DNA of 35,385 bases from Bacteroidales bacterium (GTDB lineage Bacteria; Bacteroidota; Bacteroidia; Bacteroidales; CAIWKO01): the NCBI GenBank assembly GCA_035389045.1, contig DAOORA010000047.1, positions 1 to 35,385 on the forward strand, written 5' to 3'. Below the pieces are notes generated by a model. The model ran no database searches. It saw only the letters and a list, made by a program, of their open reading frames with translations, and was not told the origin of the DNA. Below, piece by piece: positions 1 through 8,386 of the stretch. The translations under genes and the position numbers were made by a program. The stretch's first letter is position 1, and each line of letters starts with the position of its first letter.

Positions 1-169
1 CCAACCAAAATTTGGGCTATTTTTGATCCGAAATTTTTTGCATGCGGATTTAAGGGAATGTATTAATGCCATTTCAATAATTTTAGTTACCCCAAAAGGC
101 AGGTAAAATTATACTTTTTACCGATAAAACAGCTGAAAAATTATGTGTAACGAATAAAAGAATTTGTTT

Positions 170-1930
170 TCAGTAATGCAGAATCTTCTGTGTTTCCTGA
201 TGTTCGGCTTTGGATAAAAATTCGCGGTACACGGTGTTTAAAGCCACGTTTTCGTGTGCTTTTTTAACTGAGGCAACCTCATCGAGGGCATATAAAACCG
301 ATGATCTGGCTTTAATAAGTTCGTTTGAAACAGGTATTGGTTGCCCGCCGCCGCCAATACATCCTCCGTGACAGACCATTACTTCAACAAAATGACATTC
401 GTGTTCATTCTCTTTCAGATCATTGAAGAATTTAGCGGCATTACCACTGCCATTAACCACAGCAAAACGGATTTCTTTATCTTTTAAAAACTCCCAGCCG
501 GCTCTGACCTCGGTGAATTTTATGGTGGTTTCTTTGATACCGTTTTCACCACGTAACGAATTAATTTTCAGCCATTCCGGGCTTAACTCATTGCCAGTGA
601 CCAGTTCCGAAAGGGTTCTGATAACAGCTTCGGTGGTTCCGCCCGATACTTCTGTGAGTACAGAAGCACCGGAATGCATCGACATCAGGGTGTCATAAAC
701 ATCCGGCTCCAGTCTTTCAATATCAATACCGGATTGCCGTATCATACGCACTAATTCCCTTGTGGTAAGAGCATAATCAACCTCTGCAGCGCCCTGTGAG
801 GAACCATTAGCCGTTTCGTTTTTTGCAGCAGTACAGGGTGTTACAGAAACCGTTATTATATCTTTAGAATCCAGAGCTTTTTTGTCGGCATAATACGTCT
901 TGATCAGCGCACCATAAATAAGTCCGGGTGATTTGCAGGTAGAAAGCAGCGGTTCGTTTTCAGGAAATAAGGTTCTGACAAAACTGACCCATCCCTGCGA
1001 ACAGGAGGTTATAAATGGTAATACCTTTTTATTTTTTTCTTCATTATCCTGTTTCATTCTCAGCATGAATTCCGTGCAGAGTTCCATGATATAAATATCA
1101 TTGAAATAACCGGAATCGACTACCGTGTCAAAGCCTAGCAACTTCAAGGCAGCAACTATTTTGGCATCAGAATGTTTATTGTATTCAAAACCTAATTCCT
1201 GGCCTATGGCCACACGCACCGAAGGAGTGGCCGATATGACCACATGCTTTTGAGGTTCGGCAAGGGCATCCCAAACTTCTTCGTATAGCGGTTTTTCAGT
1301 AAGTGCAGCCGTAGGACAACGGCTGGTGCATTGTCCGCAGTCAATACAAAAGACATCTTTTAATGATTTACCAAAAAATGTAGATACTTTTTGTTTTTTT
1401 CCTTTACTGACAACTGAAAAAGTCCCTACCCCCTGCATGTCGGTGCATGTCCGCACACAGCGCTGGCAGCGAACACACTTGCTGTCATCCTTAACAATGG
1501 AGGATGATGAGGTATCAGGCAGTTTTTCTTCTTCTTTCACCAGGTCGTGATAAACATGATCACCGATACGGTATTCACTGGCCAGCCATTGTAACTCGCA
1601 ATTGCCATTGCGGTAACATTTGGTGCAGTCGGCATTATGCTCAGACAGAAGAAGTTCCACAATAGTTTTACGGGCTGTCCTCACTTTGGGACTGTTGGTT
1701 GAAACAACCATGCCTTCGGTAACAGCAGTAGAACAGGCCGTAACAAGTTCTTTTTGGCCCGACAGTTCCACCACACATACGCGACAATTGCCAGCCACCC
1801 TTAAGTCCGGATGATAACACAGTGTGGGAATATGCATATTGATCCTGTGTGCAGCATCCAGTATGGTGGAGCCGTCCTCAACGGAAACGGGTATATTATT
1901 TATTGTCAGGTTGATAAGTGATTTTTCCAT
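170..1930 (-). CDS. [FeFe]-hydrogenase group A large-subunit homolog (HydA/HndD-like) with degenerate H-cluster pocket
   Basis: N-terminal [2Fe-2S] motif (CYHP...CRVC...C), His-ligated cluster HNADCTKC...C, two CxxCxxCxxxC motifs; H-domain motifs TSCSQGW, TPCTAAKNE and EVMVCHGGCIGGGGQP; C-terminal small-subunit-like KAHEN...ILH. Confidence 0.9.
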   Translation of the reverse strand: MEKSLINLTINNIPVSVEDGSTILDAAHRINMHIPTLCYHPDLRVAGNCRVCVVELSGQKELVTACSTAVTEGMVVSTNSPKVRTARKTIVELLLSEHNADCTKCYRNGNCELQWLASEYRIGDHVYHDLVKEEEKLPDTSSSSIVKDDSKCVRCQRCVRTCTDMQGVGTFSVVSKGKKQKVSTFFGKSLKDVFCIDCGQCTSRCPTAALTEKPLYEEVWDALAEPQKHVVISATPSVRVAIGQELGFEYNKHSDAKIVAALKLLGFDTVVDSGYFNDIYIMELCTEFMLRMKQDNEEKNKKVLPFITSCSQGWVSFVRTLFPENEPLLSTCKSPGLIYGALIKTYYADKKALDSKDIITVSVTPCTAAKNETANGSSQGAAEVDYALTTRELVRMIRQSGIDIERLEPDVYDTLMSMHSGASVLTEVSGGTTEAVIRTLSELVTGNELSPEWLKINSLRGENGIKETTIKFTEVRAGWEFLKDKEIRFAVVNGSGNAAKFFNDLKENEHECHFVEVMVCHGGCIGGGGQPIPVSNELIKARSSVLYALDEVASVKKAHENVALNTVYREFLSKAEHQETQKILHY

Positions 1931-1941
1931 CAGATAAAAAA

Positions 1942-3108
1942 TTAATACAAAATTTCTTCCTTAAAATTTTCCAATATTGAAATGAACGGGTTGGCTACCG
2001 ATTGTCCGAGGCCGCATTTGGCAGAAGTTTTCATGTTCAATGCCAGCTTTTTCAGCACCTCAATATAGGTGACCGGTTTTTCGCCTTTTTTCACCGCTTC
2101 GATACCCAGCAGCAGTTGTTGAGTCCCCACCCTGCAGGGCGTACACAGCCCGCACGATTCTTCCGCAAAAAAACGCAGATATTCATGTAACAACTTATAC
2201 ATTGACCGGGTGTTGTTGAAGAATATCATAGAACCGCCTGTCGTGAGACCTTCAAATCCGATCACTGTTTCGGCAAAAAGTCTTTGCGGGATGCAATAGC
2301 CTGATGCACCGCCAACCTGTACCGACTTGATGTTTTTATCACCAAACTCATTAACCACATCTTCAATAGTAGTTCCAAGTTCCAGTTCGTGAATACCCGG
2401 ATTCCTGGTATCGCCGGATATGGAGAATAACTTGGATCCGGCGGAATATGCGGTGCCGAGTTTCAGAAATTCTTCAGCACCGATCCTGAAGATGACCTGG
2501 GCGGTGGCAAAAGTTTCCACATTGTTGACCACTGTCGGACAGCCATACAATCCCCGGCTGACCGGAAAAGGCGGTTTGTTGCATGGTTCGGCACGATAAC
2601 CTTCCATGGATTCAATCAGGGCGCTTTCTTCGCCGCTCACATACGACCCGCTGCCCATAAAAAGTTCTATGGTAAAATCAAAATTAAACTGCCGGACATG
2701 CTCATGAAAAATCCCGAGTTCTTTTAAAATATGCTCTTTCATATAGCCGTATTCGTGCCGGAGATATATGATGCCTTTTTTAGCCCCGATACAGTAACCA
2801 CAAACGGCCATACCCGACAAAACCTTGCGCGGGACACGCTCGAGGATTTCACGGTCCTTAAAAGTACCCGTTTCGCTTTCATTGGCATTGCAGATCACAT
2901 ACTTTGTGTCTGAGACTTCCCTGCGGGCAAATTTCCATTTCATACCGGTAGGAAAACCCACATTACCGCGGCCTTTAAGCCCTGAATCCATCAATTCCGA
3001 AATGATATCATCGGGTGTCCGCTCCAGGGTACGTTCGAGCGTTTTGTATTTCGACGATGTATAATCGCTGAAAATCAATTCAATGCGTTTCTGACTCTGT
3101 AATTCCAT
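1942..3108 (-). CDS. NuoF/HydB-like flavoprotein subunit, short form (no extra ferredoxin domains)
   Basis: GLKGRGNVGFPTG, NANESETGTFKDR, GEESALIESMEG, KPPFP, NNVET, SLBB-like region and ESCGLCTPC...CGLG N3-type cluster motif; 388 aa. Confidence 0.9.
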   Translation of the reverse strand: MELQSQKRIELIFSDYTSSKYKTLERTLERTPDDIISELMDSGLKGRGNVGFPTGMKWKFARREVSDTKYVICNANESETGTFKDREILERVPRKVLSGMAVCGYCIGAKKGIIYLRHEYGYMKEHILKELGIFHEHVRQFNFDFTIELFMGSGSYVSGEESALIESMEGYRAEPCNKPPFPVSRGLYGCPTVVNNVETFATAQVIFRIGAEEFLKLGTAYSAGSKLFSISGDTRNPGIHELELGTTIEDVVNEFGDKNIKSVQVGGASGYCIPQRLFAETVIGFEGLTTGGSMIFFNNTRSMYKLLHEYLRFFAEESCGLCTPCRVGTQQLLLGIEAVKKGEKPVTYIEVLKKLALNMKTSAKCGLGQSVANPFISILENFKEEILY

Positions 3109-3114
3109 AGCCTT

Positions 3115-3579
3115 TTATTTTTCCTTGTACTCCTTTATGATTTGAACTGCCTTCTGGGGTGTCAGTTCCGTAAAAACCTCATTGTTAATCATCATGGCCG
3201 GGGATTTGTGACACCAGCCGAGACAATTGGCCTGAAGCAACGTAAATTTCCTGTCGGTGGTGGTTTCGCCCACTTTGATCTTGAGCAACAGGCTTATAGT
3301 ACTCAACACCTCAGCCTGCGACTGCATCATACATGATATATTGCGGCAAAGGCGTATGATGTATTTTCCCCGGGGAACCGTGTCCAGGTAAGTATAAAAT
3401 GATGCGGTTCCGTAGACTTCCGAGGAAGGTATTTCTAATGATTCAGCCACTTCAAGCAGCGCATCCTCACTCAGGTAGTTTTCATGTTGAACGATCTCCT
3501 GAAGCAGCGGCAACAGATTATTGCGCGCTTTGCCATGCACTTTCACATATTCCTGTATTAACGATTTTACTTCCTGCAT
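3115..3579 (-). CDS. NuoE/HydC-like thioredoxin-fold [2Fe-2S] subunit
   Basis: LLPLLQEI, VYGTASFY, CRNISC...CLGWC..SPAMMIN motifs; first gene of the operon. Confidence 0.92.
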   Translation of the reverse strand: MQEVKSLIQEYVKVHGKARNNLLPLLQEIVQHENYLSEDALLEVAESLEIPSSEVYGTASFYTYLDTVPRGKYIIRLCRNISCMMQSQAEVLSTISLLLKIKVGETTTDRKFTLLQANCLGWCHKSPAMMINNEVFTELTPQKAVQIIKEYKEK

Positions 3580-3614
3580 AAAAGATATTTATAAAGTTTC
3601 CTCAAATAATTTTC

Positions 3615-3622
3615 CAAAATTA
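3615..3622 (-). promoter_or_regulatory. Bacteroidota sigma-A -7 element for the hyd-like operon
   Basis: Minus strand reads TAATTTTG (TAnnTTTG consensus), about 35 nt upstream of the 3579 start. Confidence 0.55.
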
Positions 3623-3685
3623 TAAATTGTATGGTATAAAAAAGGAAACCAGATTATATTTTTAACAATATGATCATACGAAAAC

Positions 3686-4006
3686 TTATTTTCCAACTTT
3701 TTCGATGGTATAGCCAAGCGCTGATCCCAGAATACCAGTTATGATGATGACCGGTATCAGCGTCAGAGGCTCCTCAAAGGCGATGAGTACAGCACAAGGT
3801 ATTAATAATGCGTATCCCAGCAGCATGCCCTTCAACACCGGGTGAATTTTGATATAAGTAACTGCAATAAGCAACCCACAGACCACCCACATGGTGAATG
3901 CCGACAAATCAGCATCCCATGGAAGTTTCTGAATTATCATAGGGACAACATCGATAATGCCTGCAAGCACTCCGAAAATGAGTCCGGTTAAAATGCGTTT
4001 TTTCAT
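3686..4006 (-). CDS. Small hypothetical integral membrane protein (about 4 TM helices)
   Basis: 106-aa ATG-initiated ORF, nearly all hydrophobic, with AT-rich leader. Confidence 0.8.
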   Translation of the reverse strand: MKKRILTGLIFGVLAGIIDVVPMIIQKLPWDADLSAFTMWVVCGLLIAVTYIKIHPVLKGMLLGYALLIPCAVLIAFEEPLTLIPVIIITGILGSALGYTIEKVGK

Positions 4007-4400
4007 AGTGTCAATTTTTTTTGTAAAAATAAGAAACTGATTTGATATGATTGTTTTTCATTTTCAGATTATTTCCCGCAGTCCGCCATTGCATAACGTA
4101 GATTGATGTAGATAAAAAATATATTCTGATTCCAAAGGAGAATAAGAACATGTATTTCACTCGGAAGCGCAAACGCAGATAAAAAGCAGATATTTCGGTG
4201 CGTTGCACATTGATATGCCACCAGGTTTTGTAATGTTTTATTAAAAACTACTATGATAACATAATTTTTGTATTTTTGTACGGATTTTTTAAGGCTTGTC
4301 TGGAATCTGAAAGTGTGCATCACATTGCTGTCCCCTCTTAGAGGGGATATGGGTTTTACAACCTGAAATTTCAAAAAAAAGTATAATTTTTACATTTATT

Positions 4401-5744
4401 ATGAAGAAATTGATAGAACCGGATAATATCATGAAGTTTAAGAGCATGCGGGAGCCCTTAACGCTCGAAGCGGCTATAAAAGAATCAAACCGCTGCCTGC
4501 TGTGCTACGATGCTCCGTGCAGCGCAGGATGCCCGGCAGGAACTGATCCCGGGAAATTTATCAGACAAATAAAATTCCATAACTATAAAGGCGCCGCAAG
4601 AACCATACGCCGAAACAATATCCTGGGGAGCAGTTGCGCATTTATTTGCCCCGTGGAGAACCTTTGCGAAAAAGCCTGCAGTAGTAAGGCTATTGATAAT
4701 CCTGTAAATATCAGCGGGTTACAGCGTTTTGCCACGGAATACGGAAAAAACAACAGACTCGAACCCCTGGAAAAAAGCAGAAAAGACAATGGAAAAATAG
4801 CGGTGATCGGTTGCGGCCCTTCGGGTATGGGATGCGCTTCTGCACTGGCCAAAATGAACTATGATGTAGTAATTTTTGAAAAACAGCCGCAGGCTGGCGG
4901 TGTCCCAAAGTGGAATATTCCTGAATACAGGTTACCTGAAGACGCTATCCATTATGACGTTAAAAATTTGCTCGATCAGGGCGTAGAGATCAAATACGAA
5001 ACCGCCGTGGACACGACCGGCGCCGTTGAAGCCCTTCTTGATAAAGGCTTTGACGCCGTATACATCAGCACAGGGCTTGCTGAGGCATTCAAACTCGATC
5101 TGTTTAATGGCTTTTCCAATGCCATGGATTATAATACTTTCTTGCGTCAGGTTAAATTTGAAAGGCCTGATACCGGTCTCAAAGGAAAAAATGCAGCCAT
5201 CATCGGAGGCGGAAGCGTGGCCATTGACTCGGCCGTTTCAGCCAAAGCCTGCGGCGCAAACAAAGTCTATCTGATCTCGCTGGAACAACTGCATGAATTA
5301 CCGGCTGATGAGGAAGAAATAAAACTGGCTCATATCATGAATATCATTTTTAAAGCCGGTTGCTCAATCATCCGTGTTGATGCAGATAAAAACAGAATTA
5401 CAGGCCTTCAGGGCATCGAAACCGAGTGGATCGAACCCGGGAAATATACTCCTGACAATGCCCGGCAGATTCCGGGGACAGAATTCTCGATTCGGGTTGA
5501 TCTTGTTGTACAGGCTATCGGAACCAGGCCGGGTAACGAAGTGAAGGGCTTTGGACGGAATCTACAGACTTGTGGTAAAGGAGTCATTGTTGTAAATGAG
5601 AACATGGAGACAAATATACCCGGTGTTTTTGCAGGGGGCGATGTGATAAACGGCGGCAACACGGTAGTTCAGGCCGTCGGCGACGGAAAAAAAGCCGCCG
5701 GGCAAATAGATAATTATTTAAAAAACAGGAGGACTACTATATGA
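4401..5744 (+). CDS. preT: NAD-dependent dihydropyrimidine dehydrogenase subunit PreT (GltD-like)
   Basis: RCLLCYDAPC...CPAGTDPGKFIR, CAFICP...CE..C, FAD-binding VIGCGPSG, second Rossmann IIGGGSVAID, C-terminal GVFAGGD; overlaps preA by 4 nt (ATGA). Start could be Met11. Confidence 0.9.
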   Translation: MKKLIEPDNIMKFKSMREPLTLEAAIKESNRCLLCYDAPCSAGCPAGTDPGKFIRQIKFHNYKGAARTIRRNNILGSSCAFICPVENLCEKACSSKAIDNPVNISGLQRFATEYGKNNRLEPLEKSRKDNGKIAVIGCGPSGMGCASALAKMNYDVVIFEKQPQAGGVPKWNIPEYRLPEDAIHYDVKNLLDQGVEIKYETAVDTTGAVEALLDKGFDAVYISTGLAEAFKLDLFNGFSNAMDYNTFLRQVKFERPDTGLKGKNAAIIGGGSVAIDSAVSAKACGANKVYLISLEQLHELPADEEEIKLAHIMNIIFKAGCSIIRVDADKNRITGLQGIETEWIEPGKYTPDNARQIPGTEFSIRVDLVVQAIGTRPGNEVKGFGRNLQTCGKGVIVVNENMETNIPGVFAGGDVINGGNTVVQAVGDGKKAAGQIDNYLKNRRTTI

Positions 5745-6982
5745 TAAAACAGGCCGATCTCAGCATCAGTTTTTGCGGTGTTAAATTTGAAAATCCTTTC
5801 TGTCTTTCATCCTCACCGGTAGGCTATCATGCCGAAATGTGCGCCAGGGCCTATGAAGCCGGATGGGGCGGTATTGTATACAAAACACTGGGACTGGAAA
5901 AGAGTTTTAAAGTTGTTATGCCCTCACCGCGTTTAAATGCTTTTCATAGTGGTGATAAACGTTTTATCGGGCTGCAAAATGCGGAACAAATAACCGACAG
6001 GCCTATCACGGACAATATCAGGGATTTAGTCTGGCTTAAGAAAAACTATCCCGGTAAAGTACTAATCTCAAGCATCATGGGATACAACGACCAGGACTGG
6101 ACAGAACTTGCAAAAATGTCGGAGGATGCCGGAGCAGATTTACTGGAGCTGAATTTTTCGTGCCCGCAGATGGCGCATAAGCGAGCCGGACACCGTGTCG
6201 GACAGGATTTTCACGCTGTGGCCGCATTTACGGAAGTAGTGAAAAAGGCCAGCAAACTCCCTGTTATTGCCAAAATGACACCGAACATCACCGATATGGT
6301 ACCGGTTGCCCTGGCAGCCAAAGAAGGCGGCGCCGATGCCATTTCGGCGATCAACACCATACGTGCCATTACGGATATTGATATAGATACCTTCACCCCG
6401 CTGCCAAACATCAAAGGAAAGTCTTCCCCGACAGGTTTTTCAGGACCTTCGGTCAAACCTATAGCATTGCGGTTTGTTTCCGAGCTGTACAACGCAAAAA
6501 ACCTTAATCTGCCTATCAGCGGTATTGGCGGTATCGAAACATGGGTTGATGCCCTGCATTTTTTGTTGCTGGGCGCCTCCAACCTGCAGGTCACCACGGG
6601 AATCATGAAATACGGTTACCGCATCGTTGAAGATATGATCGAAGGATTGAGCGATTATATGCTTGACCGCAACATTCATTCACTGGAAGAAATCATAGGA
6701 AAAGCAGCACAAAAAATCGTTGACCCTTCGGAATTCAATACCAGGTACCAGGTAGTTTCAAAGGTTGATGAAAACAAATGTATCGGATGCGGGCAATGTT
6801 ATATTTCATGCCAGGACGGAGCCAACCAGGCCATGAATTTCGATACCGTAACACGAAAAGCTTCTGTCAATGAAGAACGATGCCTGGGCTGTATGCTTTG
6901 CAAACATGTCTGCCCCGTATGGGACTGCATATCGTACAAAGAGGTGGATACGATGACAACAAAACACGCTGCAATTTTTTAG
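5741..6982 (+). CDS. preA: NAD-dependent dihydropyrimidine dehydrogenase subunit PreA
   Basis: ENPFCLSSSP, catalytic LNFSCPQM, AKMTPNITD, ISGIGGI, C-terminal 2x[4Fe-4S] motifs CIGCGQCYISC and CLGCMLCKHVCP. Confidence 0.93.
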   Translation: MIKQADLSISFCGVKFENPFCLSSSPVGYHAEMCARAYEAGWGGIVYKTLGLEKSFKVVMPSPRLNAFHSGDKRFIGLQNAEQITDRPITDNIRDLVWLKKNYPGKVLISSIMGYNDQDWTELAKMSEDAGADLLELNFSCPQMAHKRAGHRVGQDFHAVAAFTEVVKKASKLPVIAKMTPNITDMVPVALAAKEGGADAISAINTIRAITDIDIDTFTPLPNIKGKSSPTGFSGPSVKPIALRFVSELYNAKNLNLPISGIGGIETWVDALHFLLLGASNLQVTTGIMKYGYRIVEDMIEGLSDYMLDRNIHSLEEIIGKAAQKIVDPSEFNTRYQVVSKVDENKCIGCGQCYISCQDGANQAMNFDTVTRKASVNEERCLGCMLCKHVCPVWDCISYKEVDTMTTKHAAIF

Positions 6983-7008
6983 CTGCGAACGCGCGCATGC
7001 GAGGGAGT

Positions 7009-7304
7009 TTATTCTTTTCCGGAAGTTTTAATATCTATTCCTTTCCGGGTAGCTTGTTCTAATTGCTGTTGTTTGAATTCTTGCAACTGTTTCAGGTATT
7101 CGAAAATCAACAGTATTTTCTTGTCTTATTCTTTATCTTTTTTTTGTAACTGCTCTAATTTTTGTAATATTTCCTTGTGAGTTGCTAAGATTACCATCAT
7201 TTTATTAAATTAAATACACGCATGATTTGAAGATTAACCATGATGGCCTTGGTACTCTTTTAGGCTGTCGAAAGTTGGGAAACGCCAATGCTTTGTTGTG
7301 TGAA
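7009..7304 (-). pseudogene. Degraded C-terminal remnant of an ORF6N-domain protein
   Basis: Manual minus-strand translation gives FTQQSIGVSQLSTA*KSTKAIMVNLQIMRVF, a frameshift near 7200, then LATHKEILQKLEQLQKKDKE*DKKILLIFEYLKQLQEFKQQQLEQATRKGI...KE*. Resembles the ORF6N pattern FTExGVxxLSxVLxSxxAIxVNxQIMRVF and its coiled-coil tail. Stops at 7260-7262 and 7126-7128. Confidence 0.75.
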
Positions 7305-7375
7305 GTTTGCCAATTCGCACGCACTTCATCTTATTCCTGATCATAGTCATCAGATGGCTTATAAAAGAAAAACTG

Positions 7376-7383
7376 TACCTTTG
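7376..7383 (+). promoter_or_regulatory. -7 promoter element for pfkA-priA
   Basis: TACCTTTG, 21 nt upstream of ATG 7405. Confidence 0.6.
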
Positions 7384-7404
7384 TCTTACTATAAAATATC
7401 AGAA

Positions 7405-8385
7405 ATGAATACTATCAGAAAGATTGGCGTATTAACTTCGGGAGGCGATGCCCCCGGCATGAATGCTGCCATACGGGCTGTTGTTCGTGCAGGAGTGTAT
7501 GAAAAATATGAAATAACCGGTATCTGCAGAGGATACGAAGGGCTTATCAATAATGAATTCACGCCTTTGTACCGTCATTCCGTTTCCAATATCATACAAC
7601 GCGGAGGCACTATTCTGAAAACTGCCCGCAGCGAACGTTTTATGACCGAAGAAGGCAGGGAACTTGCCCATCAGAACCTTATAAAAGCCGGGGTCGATGC
7701 CCTCATCGTTATTGGCGGCGACGGTACGTTCAGAGGCGCCATGGCTCTAGGCAACACATACCAATATCCTGTTGTAGGTGTGCCGGGCACTATCGATAAC
7801 GACCTTTACGGGACGGATTTCACAATCGGTTATGACACAGCAATTAACACCGTTGTGGAGGTTGTGGATAAACTCCGCGATACAGCAGCCTCGCACGACC
7901 GCCTGTTCTTTGTTGAGGTAATGGGCCGTGACGCCGGATTCATCGCCCTGCGCAGCGGCATTGCCTGCGGAGCCGAAGAGATTTTGGTACCTGAAACTGA
8001 AACCAGCATAGATGACCTTATTGCCAAGCTGGAGAACGACTATCGTGAAAATAAAACCTCAGGTATCATTATCGTGGCCGAAGGTGATGACCAGGGCGGC
8101 GCTTTTGATGTGGCTAAAAAAGTAAAAGAGAAATTCAGTTTTTATGACACCCGCGTATCCATAATAGGCCACATGCAACGGGGAGGTTCGCCCACATGCA
8201 TGGACAGGGTTCTGGCGAGCACCCTGGGTTACGAGGCCGTAATGGCGCTGAAAAAAGGCGAACGTGGCGTGATGGTCGGGCAGATAAATAAAGTTATTGC
8301 CTGCACACCTTTTGAAAAAGCCACCAAACACCACCTGGAGATCAACAAAAATATGCTGAAAATGGCCAGGATATTATCGCTTTAG
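7405..8385 (+). CDS. pfkA: ATP-dependent 6-phosphofructokinase
   Basis: IGVLTSGGDAPGMNAAIR, GGDGT, PGTIDND, EVMGR, GHMQRGG. Start moved from 7288 to 7405 (MNTIRKIG) because the -7 element lies inside the longer ORF. Confidence 0.96.
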   Translation: MNTIRKIGVLTSGGDAPGMNAAIRAVVRAGVYEKYEITGICRGYEGLINNEFTPLYRHSVSNIIQRGGTILKTARSERFMTEEGRELAHQNLIKAGVDALIVIGGDGTFRGAMALGNTYQYPVVGVPGTIDNDLYGTDFTIGYDTAINTVVEVVDKLRDTAASHDRLFFVEVMGRDAGFIALRSGIACGAEEILVPETETSIDDLIAKLENDYRENKTSGIIIVAEGDDQGGAFDVAKKVKEKFSFYDTRVSIIGHMQRGGSPTCMDRVLASTLGYEAVMALKKGERGVMVGQINKVIACTPFEKATKHHLEINKNMLKMARILSL

Positions 8386-8386
8386 C

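Noticed and set aside
989..1009. TSCS instead of TSCC as sole evidence of an inactive hydrogenase
   Set aside because: TSCSPGW occurs in functional multimeric group A enzymes; the inactivity argument rests on the K358, E279, M353 and F417 equivalents.
4011..4374. Two short minus-strand ORFs (65 and 101 aa) in the divergent spacer
   Set aside because: TTG/GTG-type starts, no recognisable motif, and they run through AT-rich promoter and repeat DNA.
7288..7404. 39-aa N-terminal extension of PfkA in the ORF track
   Set aside because: No PFK-like sequence, contains the -7 element, and overlaps the ORF6N remnant; ATG 7405 fits better.
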